From assembly GCA_050575255.1 (NCBI GenBank), contig JBNZDD010013698.1, positions 5,776,314-5,840,313 on the forward strand: a stretch of 64,000 nucleotides of DNA, given 5' to 3'. Origin of the DNA: Harriotta raleighana. Its lineage: Eukaryota. Below the pieces are notes generated by a model that was not told the DNA's origin, searched no databases, and saw only the letters and a program-made list of their open reading frames with translations. The translations under genes were made by a program, and so were the position numbers. This document shows positions 62,874 through 64,000 of the stretch, in pieces; position 1 is the stretch's first letter; every line of letters starts with the position of its first letter.

Positions 62874-64000
62874 TACTCTTATTCCAATTCTCTGAGCCTT
62901 TCCACATACCCTTCTATTGTATTTTGTTCCACTTGAAATGTTTTGCAATTCCCTTTTGTTCTGATTTAAGACTCAATAACTGTCTGTGATAAAGAATTCA
63001 ATTTTCTAGAAATCCTCTGCATGAAAAACTTTCTTCTAACCTATACTTTAGAGGTTCGCTCACAAAACACAGTCTCTGCATTTTACTGTATGCCATGTGA
63101 AGAGCATTGGGGTATTTCCCAATATGGAAGACCTTAAACCAATTGTAAGGATTATATATGAGTATTAATCATTCTTTGTGGGTGAAGTCTGTAGCCAATT
63201 TGCACACAGTAATGTACCACAACCAGCCATGGAAACAGTAACCAATTTTATTTGGGTGAATGTTGGCCAGGACACCAAGAGAAACTCTTTATTCTTTGTA
63301 AATTCCTTCAAGTGACTGATTCAACAACCACTAGGAATATTTTTTCATTATTTATTCTTGCAACATTTTTTAATTTTGAAGAACTTTATTAGACATCCTG
63401 TCAACTTTGCTGTTTCACTGAAAAGTAACCCAGATTTTTTGGCCTGTGCTCATAATGATGGCTCCTCCTACTGCCCTCATTCTTTTGAATTTACACTTTT
63501 ATACTGGTGGAACCTGGGATTGCATATTTCATTTGCACAACAACTTGCATTAAATAATGCCTTTCACATAGAGTAGAGTCTCAGAACGCTTTACAGGGAT
63601 GGGGTTGAGCTTAGGGGAAAGGGGGAGAAGGGGGAGGTGGCTATAGGCAAGTTTGAAGAGGCAGGTTTTAAGGTGGGACTTAAATAAAGAGATAAGAGAA
63701 GGATGTGGTGTACTCCAGAGGTTAAGTACACAGGATCAGATAGTGATGTATATATATATAAACATCAAAGAGTGGTTTTGATAGTGGTTCAGAGAGAGCA
63801 GGGTACAACAACAGCAGCAACTTGGATTTATATAGCACCCTCCATGCCAGATAATCAGGTTGAGCATAATTTCTTGAGCTGTGAACTCAAAAGCATTGTT
63901 GCCTGGCACAATGGCGGAAAAACAACACTTTACATTTATCTTTATTCACAATCTGGTGCCTTATATAAAACACAATTAACCACTTTGTGAAGCTCGAAAA

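Noticed and set aside
32678-64000. Next canonical DTNB exon (PPRP...) or a DTNA-style 9 nt microexon
   Set aside because: Not found by eye. It is probably downstream of the window, although a microexon could have been missed.

Overview
Vertebrate genomic DNA, not prokaryotic. The repeat content suggests a cartilaginous fish, possibly a chimaera, but that is inference. The window lies inside a large + strand beta-dystrobrevin (DTNB) gene. Four coding exons are clear (3881-4035, 14877-14982, 18311-18477, 32553-32677). They splice in frame and encode the EF-hand region, the ZZ zinc finger and the KSPAKKL...LAHIV segment. I could not find the next canonical exon in the remaining 31 kb. The introns are packed with tRNA-headed Deu-type SINEs sharing a 3' tail with L2 LINEs, L2 and CR1 fragments, TA-targeting pogo/Tigger-like MITEs (some nested), and Penelope-like (PLE) remnants. 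Most notable: (1) short PLE-derived inserts carrying minimal hammerhead-ribozyme cores, two of them with perfect 14-16 bp target-site duplications, one of which is a palindromic doublet; (2) a ~255 bp inverted duplication that includes transposon flank and brackets a candidate phase-compatible alternative exon; (3) a strong AG|GT site that may be a recursive splice site; (4) a ~44 bp near-perfect hairpin. Several duplications at N positions look like assembly artefacts. Exon coordinates were counted to the base; repeat boundaries are approximate.
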